A stretch of 64,000 bases of DNA from positions 50,158,001-50,222,000 of the forward strand of contig NC_043013.1 of assembly GCF_006345805.1 (NCBI RefSeq), read 5' to 3'. Origin of the DNA: Octopus sinensis. Taxonomy: Eukaryota. The notes under the pieces were generated by a model that worked only from the letters and a program-made list of their open reading frames with translations, was not told the DNA's origin and made no database searches. The position numbers were made by a program, and so were the translations under genes. Positions 1-13,018 of this stretch are shown here, in pieces; the first letter of the stretch is position 1; every line of letters begins with the position of its first letter.

Positions 1-498
1 TAGTTAAAAAAAATAAATAATTAAAAAATTTGTGAGCAAAACTGGACAGATTCTGCAATGGTACAAAATGAGAGAAAATAATAAGAAATCAAAAATTATT
101 CATTTTGATCCAGTTACCAATTCTGCCCCACTTCTATGTAGTAAGTAATTCTAGGTGTTTGACAGACTGACGAAAAATATATGAAAAAATAAGAAAGAAA
201 AAAGGTTCCATTTAATGAAACATTTGAAGGCAATAATTCTAAAGCTGGAAAAGAATGCTTTTAGCCATTGAGAGATGTAATTTTATAATTAAAACTGAAT
301 TCAAAAGTTTTCTTTATTAACTTGCTTCATAAAATAAAAGTAGGTTAGAAGTAGAAGTGTGTGTGTGTGTGTGTGACTTTAACTGCTATTGGTCAAGCCA
401 AGGTCAAGATCAGTCATGCATTGAAAGGAATTTGGCCTAGAGACTAATTTTTCAATCCCTTTATACATTCGTCCTTACACACACTCAGAGTTACATAT

Positions 499-968
499 TC
501 TGAACGCCTTACTTCCCTGGGCATGGACACATTGAAACTCTGATGTCTGGCAGCTGACTTGGCAGACACCCATAAAATTATCAACCATCTTACAAACAAT
601 AACTCTGAGCACCTTTTCAAACTCCACCCGTCTAACACCCGTGGACATATTTACAAAGTAAGAAAACAGCACAGCTCCCATGACTTTAGGAAACATTTTT
701 TCACGCTGAGAGTTGCTGAAGCATGGAACAAACTGCCGGCATCAGTTGTTAGTTGTCGGAGCACTGCATCCTTCAAAACTTCCATGCTTCCTGAGATTCG
801 CTAACACTACACCTGATTTTCTCCCCTCCATACACACACGCAAGCATGTATCTGACTCATACACTGTTCACTTTCCAGACATTTGTACATTACTGCATAT
901 GCTCTATATGCACTTTTTGACAAGTTGTGGTGCACCTGAGCACTGTATACAATAATTTCATTATTATT
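499..968 (+). mobile_element. CR1-like LINE 3' fragment with (TTA)n tail
   Basis: NTRGHIYKVRKQH...RKHFFTLRVAEAWNKLPASVV is a typical CR1 ORF2 C-terminus. Confidence 0.85.
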
Positions 969-1819
969 ATAAAATAAAAGTAGGTTAGAAGTAGAAGGGT
1001 GTGTGTGTGACTTTAACTGCTATTGGTCAAGCCAAGGTCAAGCTAAATCATGCATTGAAAGGAATTTGGCCTAGAGACTAATTTTTTAATCTCTTTATAC
1101 ATTCGTACTTACACACACAACCACACACACTCACAGTTACATATATATATATATATATACACTTTCAAGAGCGTTCTGTTCTTTTCCTTTTCTCTGATAT
1201 CCCAAAAGTAGCTACAATTCCCGAGGGAATTGTAAGTGCTTTGGGACTGGGTATAAATTGTTTTTTTTAATTGAAATATCTGTTGTCTCTAACTGGCAAA
1301 ATCTATTTTTATTTATCATAAAAAGAGGACCCATCACATTTTTTAAGAAGTCAAGATGTCTTTATGTATTGAAAGAGAGCCTCTCATCCTTGATTCCTGG
1401 GAGGTTCGTGGAGGATCCCTGTATTCAGTGCTACATACCCTTCTTAGCAGGGTCCCTATAAATCTAGCCCCGTATAGTGCAGCTCCAAAATAAAAAAATA
1501 TCATAAATTTTCAAATTTTTTTTATAACGTATTTATGGGGAGAAAAATATTTAAAAACATAATTATCTCCCTTTAGACAGGTAATTTCGGAAAAACCAAT
1601 GAAATACATATAATTATCTCCCTTAGACAGGTCATTTATTTTGGAGCCACGCTATGTCTAAGATGTTAGAAAAGGGTAGGTAAGTTTATTAGGAGAACAC
1701 GAAGAGACTCAGGACAACTTCCATTGGGTTCAGTGTAAATTTTTACACATAAATGAGCTTTTAGTTTTTTATATAGATGCTGTAGACTTTCTTCATATAG
1801 ATGGACAGACACTCTATCA

Positions 1820-2213
1820 TCTTTATATATAAAAGAAAGGTTGTGTGCTGTCTGTCTACTCCGAATTAGATTCCTAACTACTCCCACATTTTGCAGTTCA
1901 GTTTAACCAAAACCGGGTATCTTATAGTCTGATTCATATCGAGCCCTTCTGGGTATTAGCGCGCGTCTACGATGAGTCTCCGATTTTAAAAAGAATTTAC
2001 CATCAATTTTTCCCATTTTTAATGCATTTTTGGCATATATAAGGGAAGTAACTCTCTAAAAATTTATTAAATCTCAGAACGTAAAAAGCTACAGTAAACC
2101 CCCCCCCCTTTGTGGTTAGCCATATTGAGATGGCTATTATACTTTACATCTCTAAAAGTGCTTATATAGTTATTTCCCTTACAAACCTGAGCAACGCCGG
2201 GCGATACTGCTAG
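1820..2213 (+). mobile_element. Non-autonomous Helitron
   Basis: A|TC start, 3' hairpin CCTGAGCAACGCCGGG then CTAG|T. Confidence 0.8.
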
Positions 2214-2574
2214 TAGATATATATATGATGGCTGCTACTCGTGACTGAGAAAGGCCATCACTGGCCATTAAAAATATTGTGCACTCACACAAATCTATAT
2301 TTTGCACTCATGGTTTTACTGGTGACTAATGATTCCAGCTGTTGATAAATATATACATCTGCAGACCAAGCTTCAACTATTCACCACACCAGCAGTGTGC
2401 GTTCAAGCAGATCAGTTAAATTCTGCATGAAAAATGTGTTTTTCATGTTGACCCATGTTGACAATTGACTTCCCATATTCCATATGCTTTCAACATGGAT
2501 TTTATACAATCCTTAAATTGTAGCTTTGATTTCCAATAGAGTACTTTCTATAAACAAGTTTTCTACATAGCGTA

Positions 2575-2968
2575 GGAGTGGCTGTGTGGTAAGTAGCTTG
2601 TTTACCAACCACATAGTTCTGGGTTCAGTCCCACTGCGTGGCACCTTGGGCAAGTGTCTTCTACTATAGCCTCAGGCCGACAAAATCCTTGTGAGTGGAT
2701 TTGGTAGACGGAAACTGAAAGAAGCCCGTCGTATATATGTATATATATGTGTGCGTGTATGTTTGTGTGTCTGTGTTTGTCCCCCCAACATTGCTTGATA
2801 ATTGATGTTGGTGTGTTTATGTCCCCGTCACTTAGCGGTTCGGCAAAAGAGACCAATAGAATAAGTACTGGGCTTACAAAGAATAAGTCCTGGGGTCGAG
2901 TTGCTCGATTAAAGGTGGTGCTCCAGCATGGCCGCAGCAAAATGACTGAAACAAGTAAGAAAAAAAAG
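2575..2968 (+). mobile_element. tRNA-derived SINE family 1 (about 400 bp)
   Basis: GGAGTGGCTGTGTGGTAAG...GGTTCAGTCCC (A/B-box-like) with an internal (TA/TG)n. Further copies at about 8911-9310(+), 16601-17000(-), 18978-19378(-), 32645-33038(-), 52905-53272(+), 54595-54895(-), 55205-55592(+). Confidence 0.9.
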
Positions 2969-3872
2969 ATACCATCTGTTTAGGAATCTTTCAATCTATC
3001 GTCCAAAAAAGGTGTCCGGGCGTACATAAATGGTGCTTGTGCACCATTACCTCAATGCTCCGAGTGTAAGTTCCTTTCAAGGCTGATGTATCTGGAGCCC
3101 AAAACGATAAGCTAACATTCAGAATATATTTCAGACTTATTTGATTGAAGCATTCAAGGGCATAAAAAGTGGATGTTAGTTGATGATGTCTCACACGAGG
3201 TATAGAGTGACATGAGCACAAGTAAGAGTGACATGAGCACAAGTAATAGTGACATCACAAGTAAAAGAGTGACATAGTACACAGCATTTGCTTGCCTTAT
3301 GTTGGAACCAGGCATGAGACTCAATGGCCCTGAAGGGATCAGTTGTCTTCTGAAGCCTTAGATATATTTCATCATCCAAGGAACAAGATGATGAGTGTGC
3401 TGCCCAGGTACACAAACACAAACTGTCTACCACTTTCAGTACTGTCTTCAAAAAAATGGATGGGTTTCCAGGAACAGTTTGGAATATTACAGAAGTCTTG
3501 TCCAGGTTACTGCTAAATGCATTCCTCTAGAGAATCGTGTCATGTAAGGTGACATTCTTGCCCCAACTCTCTTTTCCTTGTAATCTACCATTCTCTCATT
3601 CATGCATGGTGATCTCATACCAGATAAACAGCACATGACCTTGCAGGTGGGTCCCAGTTTGAATTTTCTTCAGGTCGAGGAGCCCATCCCACTGAAAATT
3701 ATTATTACTTCAGAATCTTTTCCAAAACTTACAAATGGAACTCAACTATACATAATTAGTTAATTGCATTCCTGATTACACCACACAGTGCCTCTCATTT
3801 TCTCTTCTCAAGGTACTACAAATGATTTTCAGCTATTTAGGTGAAATAAGTTTAAAAATGAAACAAGTTTAA

Positions 3873-4093
3873 CCCTTTCATTACTGTATTTATTTTGAGA
3901 TGCTCTGTGTTTCTTTCAATTACTTTAAATATAACAAAGAATTTAGTAAAATAATTTTTGTTATCATTCAGCTAGAGTTAGGAACATAAATTGTGACTAA
4001 TGTTTGGTGGAAGATTTTAATTCAAAACTTATGATAACAAGACATTTATATTCAGAGCCAGAGCCGGTTTCAGCCGGGTTGGTAACGAAAGGG
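3873..4093. mobile_element. piggyBac-type MITE (221 bp)
   Basis: TTAA-CCCTTT...AAAGGG-TTAA; a second copy in opposite orientation lies at 22215-22434. Confidence 0.85.
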
Positions 4094-4213
4094 TTAAAAC
4101 TAATTTCTTATTACGAGCCATTTGTGAAAGTCTTTAATATATTCTGTACAAAGAACACAATATCTAAAGGAAAGATTAATTAGGAATAATTTAAAAAATG
4201 TATCATTACTTAC

Positions 4214-4240
4214 TGGCATTTGGTGTAATTATGTTAAAAT
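4214..4240 (-). CDS. Host gene 27-nt microexon (phase 1->1)
   Basis: Strong acceptor ttttttggttttttattgcAG and donor |GTAAGT. Only phase 1 is open: (D)FNIITPNA. Confidence 0.7.
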
Positions 4241-4379
4241 CTGCAATAAAAAACCAAAAAAAACATAATAATGATAAATTGATATAGGTGTCTTGTAAGT
4301 GATTTTTAAATATTTGTAATGAATAAAAGAATTTTTTGATTTCAATCATTTATGTTATCAAAGGGCCTTAGAGTCCTAG

Positions 4380-5260
4380 TAAGTAGGAAGGCAAACAAAT
4401 CACAAACCCCTTCAGGTAGATGGCCCTGCTCGATCTGTAGAAAAGGTGTAGGTAGAAACTCCATAAGATGCACCTAGTGTAAAGTATGGACACATAAGAA
4501 GTGCAACAACATCAAAGGAAGTTTAACTGGGATGATAGCTTTTGTATGCAGCAGATGAACAGGAGAAATAAACACTGAAGATGCTCAGAAAACAGATTCC
4601 ATTACATGCCGGGTGGGTGGGGGGGGAACTAGAAGTAGTAGATAGCTTCCACTACTTATGTGACTAAGTCTGTAGTGGGGTGGAGGGATGCTCTGAGAGT
4701 GTAGGTTCTAGAATAAGAATAACCTGGGCAAAGTTCAGAAAGCTCCTACCACTACCAGTGACAAAGAGTTTCTCGCGCAGAGTGAAAGGTAGACTGTATG
4801 ATGCATGTGTGTGTAAGGCCATGCCATACGGCAGTGAAACATGGGCCATGACTGTTGAGGACATACATAGGCTTGAAAGAAATGAAGCTAGTATGATCTG
4901 CTGGATGTGTAATGTCAGTGTGCATATACAACAGAGTGCAAGCTCCCCAAGAGAAATATTGGACATAAGAAGCATCAGATGTAGTGAGCAAGAGAGACAA
5001 CTGTGCTGGTGTGGTTATGTGCTGCGTATTGATGATGACAGCTATGTGAAGAAGTGTCACTCCCAAACAGTGGAAGGAACCTGTGGAAGAGGTTGACCCA
5101 GGAAGACATGGGATGAGGTGGAGAAGAACGACCTTCAAACGTTAGGCCTCACAGAAGCAATGACAAGAGACTGAAACCTCTGGAGATATGTTATGATTGA
5201 GAAGACCTGGCAGGTAAAGTGAGATCACAGACATAGCCTATACCAGTATCGCATAACCAG
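4380..5260 (+). mobile_element. RTE-clade LINE 3' remnant
   Basis: ACVCKAMPYGSETW...LERNEASMICWMC...WCGYVLR; same family as 25400-28340. Confidence 0.8.
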
Positions 5261-5899
5261 CCCATTTAAAAAGTACCTTTGAATTATCAGGTGATACACT
5301 GTGCTTGAGACCTATTGAGTTAAGTAAAATCAAAAATCACAAATCAGAATCAGAATCAAATTGAAATCAAAAATGGAAATTGTAGTTGTGGCTGATGCCA
5401 GTGCCGCCTGACTGGATCCCCTGCTGGTAACACACAATAAGCACCATTCATGCATGGGTCGTTGCCAGTGTTGCCTGACTGGCTCCTCGTGCCAGTGGCA
5501 TGTAAAAAGCACAATCCTCCTGCCCCGACTGGCTCCCCGTGCTGGTGGCATGTAAAAAGCACAATCCAAACATGGTCAATACCACCCCACTGTCCCGACT
5601 GGTTTCTGTGCTGGTAGCACATAAAAAGTAGCATCCAAATGTAGCTGATGCCAGTGCCACCTGACTGGCTTCCATTTTTTTGTTGTTTTTGTACTGCTTA
5701 AAGGCACGTTTCTTTCCTGCCAAGCTTACTATTTAAACCATGTTTGTGTTCTCCCAGTCAACAGCCTCATCATTACTGGTACTTTAAACTGTTCGGTTGC
5801 ATATTTGTGTGAATAAAATCGTTTTTCTTTGGAATAGAAAAAAGTCTATCTTTATTTCTTCTTTTGCTGGTGTCTCAAATTTAGGTTAAATCAGTGTTT

Positions 5900-8490
5900 C
5901 TCAAAGGGGAGACCTATGGGATGGTCGGACAAGTTGTTTTGAGAAAATTTGGTTTAAATGTTTGACAACTCAGCACCATCCATTGGACAGGGAGCGTTTT
6001 GCTTGTCATATGTATATATATATACATATCTTTTATGGGTTTCAACCAGAGGCTGGGGCCATGCTGGTGCACTGCCTTTACTGCATCTGGGGATTTTCCC
6101 AGTATTGCTTCTGATGAAGTAGTGAGTTGGATGTTGCTGCTCTTTTTTGTGCCTCCAGCCATGATGTGGGTTCATCCGGTTTTGCAGATAAAAAACTGTC
6201 TAGGCGTTTTTTGAAGACTTCCATGTCTAAACCTTGTAGAACCCTGATGTTCTGTGGTAGGGCATTAAAAAGTAGTGGTCCCTTGAATCCCAAGCTATTG
6301 CAAAATTGGATTCATATCCTCGATGGAGAGGAAGGGACCTTTGGTACTGTGCAGTGCCATCCAGTTCAGGGATTGTTGTAGATTTTGATTCCAAAATTTA
6401 GAGCTAGACCCTCCATTATTTTCCATATGTATGGCATGGCATATCTCTCGTGTCTCCTCTCCAGGGAATAGAGTCCCAGCTCCTTCAACCTCTCCCAGTA
6501 GTCCATGTGTTTTACTGAGACTATCTTCTGTGTGTAGTGGCATTGAATCACTTCTAGTTCTGCAATTAGTTTTACACTCTGTGGGGACCACAGTTTGGAG
6601 CAGCAGTCCTCAGACGACAGAAGACAAAGGTTCTCCATAGCAGAAGCATTGTGTCTCTATTCCTGGTCCTGAAGGATCTAAGGATCCAACCTGCCACTCG
6701 CCTGCATAGTGTTGCCATCTGAGCAATGTGCACATAGAAAGTTTCGTCATTGCTAATGTGGATTCCCAGGTCATGTACCGACTCTAACTCTGGGATTACG
6801 TTGCCTGTTGGTCCAGTGTACTTCAGCTGTAGTTTGTCTGTGGGCTGATAGTGGAGTACTTGAAATTTTGAGCCATTGAACTGAATATTATTCTCATCAG
6901 CCCATTTATATATTGCATTCAGGTCATTCTGTTAGTAGGATCCTTGACTGCCTGCAATACTTTTGTATCATCGGTGTAGCTGGTGAACGCGGTTGACTCT
7001 ATGGCTGAGGGCATGTGCGAGAGAGCAACCACAAACAGGGAATCGTGTAGCCACTCTCCCAGTCTACCAGTGATACCAAGATCATGCAATTTGTGACATA
7101 TCATCACATGACCGACTTTGTCGAAGGCCTTAGCAAAATTGAGATATATCACAGCCACATTTGAATGGTTGAGCTGTTGTTTTAGTATCCAATCGAAGTA
7201 CTGTAGCAGCTGTGTTAGGCAGCTCCTTCCAGAACAGAAACTATGTTGCGTGTCTGTAAGCGAGTCATTTTCCTCTAGGAACATGGTCAGTCTTTTTCTG
7301 ACAATGTGTTCTATGATCTTGCTGACATGTGAGGTCAGAGAGATAGGCCTGTAGTTTATAGCTCTGCTTGCTCCTTTGTGGACAGGGCAGATTATTCCTT
7401 CTTTTAATGTTTGAGGAAATGTACCGCACTCAAAGGAATTCTGGAAAAGCATTTGCAGTGGTTTTGCAAGAGCTTTCTTGCATGTTTTTAACAGAATTGC
7501 TGGGAGTCCATCTGGGCCTGTTGCAGAGTTTGGGTTTATCTCGTCAACGGCCGACAATACATCCTCTCTTGTAATGTCAATGTAATTGATGGTTGCCTTT
7601 TTCTCTTGTAGGTTAGAGGTGTCGAAGAACTCATCAGAACTGCTTATTTTCATGTTTTCTAGTGGGGAGGTGAAAACACTTTGGAATTGTTTATTGAGTA
7701 CTACACTTATCCTCTTGGGTCTGCAGCCAGTGAGCCCTTTTCATCAAACAGTGGCCCTATCCTATATCACACTGAGGCAGGCTCTTTTATGAACTTGTAG
7801 AAACCTTAGGGTTTCTTTTTATATTTTCCATCACCCTGGCTTCTCTGTTTACCCTTTTTTTTCTAGGGAGAGTCTGATTTTATTCTCAGTCTCTCTAAGA
7901 GCGCAATATTGAGGTAGGGTTTTTTGCTGTCATTAGGCTCCTTATTTAAGCGATTTGAGATCTTTATCCTCTGTCTCTTTAGGATTCTTCTATCTCAGGG
8001 AATAATATTCTCATATGTGGTGGCCTTCTTCTCTGAGACAAACTTAATGGATATGGTTTGCATTATTGACACGAATTCATTGAATTTCATGTCAGTATTT
8101 TGCATGGACAGACTTTTAAGCCAGTTTTGCTGGAGTATCTCTTTGTTTGGACTTCCAGCCAGTCTTGTAGAAGTTCAGGTTGGCCAGTGCTTGGGACCCA
8201 ACAGTGTTGTACGATTCTTTAATTAGTTTTGGACCATATATTGACAGTTCTATCATGTTAAGGTCTAGATGGGTAGACAGTGATATGTTTATGTTGTGGA
8301 TAAGGTCCATATTGTTTGTAAGGCAGATATCCGGGATGTTCTTATTTTTAGTTGGGGGAAAGTATGGTCTGCTCCATGAACATCATTTCCATGAGATCTA
8401 CCTGAGATTCTGCCTGATTGCCTTCTTTATGACACCTTCAGGTCATCGAATTTTGGGGAAGTTGAAGTCACCCATCAGAAGATCAGAAAT
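5900..8490 (-). mobile_element. CR1/L2-group LINE ORF2 remnant
   Basis: ATGPDGLPAILLK...NYRPISLTS...GRSCLTQLL...YLNFAKAFDKV, YTDDTK and YSLERRHERY; many stops and frameshifts. Confidence 0.85.
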
Positions 8491-8543
8491 ACATTAAGGC
8501 ACTGGCCTAGGTTTGTAAGTACTTCCTTTATCTTCGTATATAT

Positions 8544-8614
<71 letters not shown>

Positions 8615-8616
8615 TA

Positions 8617-8656
<40 letters not shown>

Positions 8657-10424
8657 CACACACACACAAATATACATACATATACACTTATATATATGTA
8701 TATTGTTATTGAATGCTCGAAATGAGGAGTAGACAGACAGCCAACAACTGATGAAGGGTCCTTTCACTATGTTTATTTGTCCTGTTTTCCATTTTTTTTC
8801 TTCTCATTGTTTACATATTTAACTCGTTTGTTTACACATTTCATGTTATTTGCACTGCTGGTGACATCCTGTATGTATATATATATATATATATTATATA
8901 TACAAACATCAGTGGCTGTGTGGTAAGTAGCTTGCTAACCAACCACATGGTTCTGTGTTCAGTCCCACTGCGTGGCATCTTGGGCAAGTGTCTTCTGCTA
9001 TAGCCCCAGGCCGACCAATGCCTTGTGAGTGGATTTGGTAGATGGAAACTGAAAGAAGCCCGTCGTATATATGTATATATATAAGTGTGTGTGTGTGTGT
9101 ATATGTTTTTGTGCCTGTGTTTGTCCCCCTAGCATTGCTTGACAACCGATGCTGGTGTGTTTACGTCCCCGTCACTTAGCGGTTTGGTAAAAGAGACTGA
9201 TAGAATAAGTACTGGGCTTACAAAGAATAAGTCCTGGGGTCGATTTGCTCGACTAAAAGGCGGTGCTCCAGCATGGCCGCAGTTAAATGACTGAAACAAG
9301 TAAAAGAAAAAAAAGAAAAAGAAAAGAAATATATATATATATATATATACATACATACATATATAAGGATAAGATTGTCATTTTAAATAGCAATCAAATC
9401 TATGGCAACATGGGAAGAAAAAACCTTATAGGTTATAGTAATTGTTGAAATTATAAATAAAGTATGTAAGAGATATCACTATGCTTGAAATAGCAATCAA
9501 AATTTTACTCTAAAACGCATCAGGTATTCAGTACAGCACAAGGTGAAAAGACAAAAAACAAATAAATTAGTAAAAATTGGATAATTCCAGACCCTGGGTT
9601 TCTGGTTTTGTATCAAAATATACTCTGCTGTTGCCAGTGAAATATAACATGAATTATACATAAATACATATATATATACATAAACATATGAATACTCACA
9701 TATACACATATGTACATACATATAGTGGAGGCGCAATGGCCCAGTGGTTAGGGCAGCGGAGTCGCGGTCGTAGAATCGCGGTTTTGATTTCCAGACCGGG
9801 TGTTGTGAGTGTTTATTGAACGAAAACACCTAAAAGCTCCATGAGGCTCCAGCAGGGGGTGGTGGCGATCCCTGCTGTACTCCCTCGCCGCAACTTTCTC
9901 TCTTTCTTCTATTGGCCTGCTCGCTTAGCCAGTGGGGTGGCATCATTTGAAGGCTAAAACAATGCGAAGAGCATTGTGACCAGCGATGTGTAGCAACATC
10001 TGATAGCCTGGTCGGCCACGGGATCATGTGACATACATATATATGCATGTATATACAGCCACTAGTTCAGTTGTCCATCCATGTGCTATATTGCCAAAAT
10101 ACCAGTGCAGTGAATATAATGATGAAGTGAATATATATAAAAATATCTATATATATAAAGATAAGATCGTTATTTTAAATAGCAATCAAATCTATGGCAA
10201 CATGGGAAGAAAAAAACCTTATAGGTTATAGTAATTGTTGAAATTATAAATAAGGGTATCTAAGAGATACCATCATGCTTGAAATAGCAGTCGAAACCTG
10301 ACTCTAAAACCACATCAAGTATTCATTCTTCCCATGCTGCAAGAAACAGAATTGAAGATAAATAAGAAAGTAGAAGAGAAAGAGAGACAGAGAGAAGTAA
10401 GAAATATTGAAAGGATGTGTAAAC

Positions 10425-10569
10425 CTTCAAAATAACGAATTTCAGCCTTAAGTCCACATCCAGGTTGAATCTTGCCAGTGAAGTATTTCACGGTGATGGT
10501 ATCTTTACTAGTATACACTCTCCGTATACCTTTTTGAGAATTATTAAATACTGAGGATCCAAATGCAAT
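10425..10569 (-). CDS. Host gene exon (145 nt, phase 0->1): second half of CUB-like repeat 3
   Basis: Acceptor cctttttatttcAG, weaker donor AG|GTTTAC followed by a CT-rich tract. Reads IAFGSSVFNNSQKGIRRVYTSKDTITVKYFTGKIQPGCGLKAEIRYFE, resembling the CUB C-terminal strands (S..xLxVxFxT...GFxAxY). Confidence 0.8.
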
Positions 10570-11853
10570 CTGAAATAAAAAGGGGAACTCATAAATGCTT
10601 ATGGATACACAATGTAGTTTTTCCCATCAGTCAAACGCTTTCATTTAATCTACATCAATCAACAATCATAATGGCTCTCATAATGTTATTTGCTTCACAC
10701 CTATATCATTATATATATCATGATGTACCTTACACGGAAAGATATGTATGTCAATTTGTTTACCATATAGAAATCGATCAATGGAAATTGCAGCTGAGTT
10801 ACCAGTGTCGGTGGCACGTAAGAGAACCATCCGAATGTGGCTGTTGCCAGCGCCGCCCCGACTGGCTTCATGCCGGTGGCACGTAAAAAGCACCATCCAT
10901 TCGTGGCCGTTGCCAGCCTCGCCTGGCCCCCGTGCCGGTGGCACATAAAAAGCACCATCCGATCGTGACTGTTTACCAGACTCATCTGGCACGTAAAAAG
11001 CACCCACTACACTCATGGAGTGGTTGGCGTTAGGAAGGGCATCCAGCTGTAGAAACATTGCCAGATCAAACTGGGCCTGGTGCAGCCTTCTGGCTTCCCA
11101 GACCCCAGTTGAACCGTCCAACCCATGCCAGCATGGAAAGCGGATGCTAAACGATGATGATGATGATGATGAAGGAATAATAGCTAGAGTATATCGTATA
11201 ACAATATATAAAATAGAAGATACATAATATGAATGAGAGGATTGTCTTTATTGATGATAGTTAGGTATGTCATGTGATCTTCAATATCAACAGAAATAAA
11301 AGGGGTAAGTATTAGTTGACTGAAAATTTCATATCACACCACATTATCGTATCATCATCATCATCATCATCATCGTTTAGCGTCCGCTTTCCATGCTAGC
11401 ATGGGTTGGACGGTTCAACTGGGGTCTGGGAAGCCTGAAGGCTGCACCAGGCCCAGTCTGATCTGGCAATGTTTCTACGGCTGGATGCCCTTCCTAATGC
11501 CAACCACTCCATGAGTGTAGTGGGTACTTTTTACGTGCCACCTGCACAGGTACCAGATGAGGCTGGCAACGGCCACGTTCGGATGGTTCTGTTATGTGCC
11601 ACCGGCACTGGTATCGCAGCTACAATTTCCATTGATGTTGATCGATTATGATTTTGATTTTATTATACAATGTATCAGATTGTATGCCAGCAATCATATG
11701 AACAGCTATATCATATCACAATATATATCAAAACTGATATTGTACCATATCAAATATTGCATAACAGTCAAGAGAGAGATATGAAAGTAACAGTTATCCT
11801 TACCAAATTCTCCAGGAAAGCAAAGAAAGATAAGAGTGAAAGAGTATACTCAC

Positions 11854-12026
11854 GACGACATAGCAGTCAGCACAACAGAGGTAATTGGTCAAGATTAGCT
11901 GAAGATGACCAGAGGGGGTAGACTTTTTGATATAGTACTTGAAAATCTCATCACTTGGTGGATAGTTGGAAGGTATTTGGAGGAGAGTTATATTAGTGGC
12001 ACTAGCAAATTTGGTCTCCAACTTTT
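11854..12026 (-). CDS. Host gene exon (173 nt, phase 1->0): first half of CUB-like repeat 3
   Basis: Acceptor acacttcttccAG, donor |GTGAGT. Reads (E)KLETKFASATNITLLQIPSNYPPSDEIFKYYIKKSTPSGHLQLILTNYLCCADCYVV; the PSNYP segment recalls the CUB SPNYP motif. Confidence 0.85.
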
Positions 12027-12287
12027 CTGGAAGAAGTGTAATAAAATCATAAGAAATATAAGAAATAATATAACAGCAAAAGAACTAAATACTTTTTCAC
12101 ACGGATCACAATTTGACCTAAAGTTTTTATTGGATTGTTATTGTGTGTTGTTTAGCCCCAGAACAACCACAATCAAACAGATCTATGACATTCCAGCCAT
12201 GACCATTACTTCTAGAAACATGGCTCCAGGATAATTTATGTAATGCCTTCCTTTCTAAGAGAGTAGACTGTGATTTAATAATTTAAA

Positions 12288-12586
12288 TCTTTATATATAA
12301 AAGTGAAGTTGTGTGTCTGTCTCCTACGATTTAGATTCCTAACTACTCTCACATTTTGCGGTGCAGTGTAACCAAAATCGGGTATCTTATAGTCGTGATT
12401 CATATCGAGCCCTTCTGGGTATTAGCGCGCATCTACGATGAGTCTACGATTTAAAAAAAAATTTACCATCATTTTTTCCCATTTTTAATGCATTTTTTGG
12501 CTATTATATAAGGGAAGTAACTCTCTAAAAATGCTTATATAGTTATTTCCCTTACAAACCCGAGCAACGCCGGGCGATACTGCTAG
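12288..12586 (+). mobile_element. Non-autonomous Helitron (same family, internally deleted)
   Basis: A|TCTTTATATATAAAAG start, hairpin CCCGAGCAACGCCGGG, CTAG|T end. Confidence 0.85.
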
Positions 12587-13018
12587 TATTTTATATGTTA
12601 ACAATTCTATCGTTTATTATAAGTTTCTAATGGATCAGTCCCTGGTTTGCTGAGAATAACAAGAGAGTGTCTAATAAAATGCAGAACAAATATCAAAGAA
12701 ATTTGTTTATAGAGCATCAGGTTTCCAGTTTTCTTGCCAATGTTCATAATTGTTCATCCACTTCGATATAAAAAAAGTCAATTTTCAGCACATTTGTCCA
12801 TTACAGGCAATTTTATATTCAGCCCGTATGACTGCTGGATACAGGAGGCTTCTGTCCTTTACACAGCCTGACGAGAGATATAATTCTCAAGACAGAGGTG
12901 TCTATAATGTAATAAAACACTAGCTATGAGGTAAGATTGCATGTATTTCCTTTATATTGTCTATCAAAGAACTTTTCCGTTTGTTCTTTTAATCTATAAA
13001 TTTCTATCATGTGTGAAT

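Noticed and set aside
5729-5826. Open stretch KRFYSHKY...QTWFK ending at GTAAGC
   Set aside because: It ends in phase 2 and would create a TAA with the 4240 exon; the acceptor is weak.
9727-9800. tRNA gene
   Set aside because: The A/B boxes continue directly into a SINE body repeated elsewhere in the window.
10315-10424. Hydrophobic tail LHILSIFLTSLCLSFSSTFLFIF as a transmembrane segment
   Set aside because: It is the translation of a CT-rich tract after a plausible donor, and the 27-nt exon continues in phase. An intron-retention isoform cannot be excluded.
12862-12905. CTGACGA-GAG...CTC-AAGAC hammerhead-like relic
   Set aside because: The GAAA core is mutated and there is no stem I; at best a dead Penelope-type remnant.
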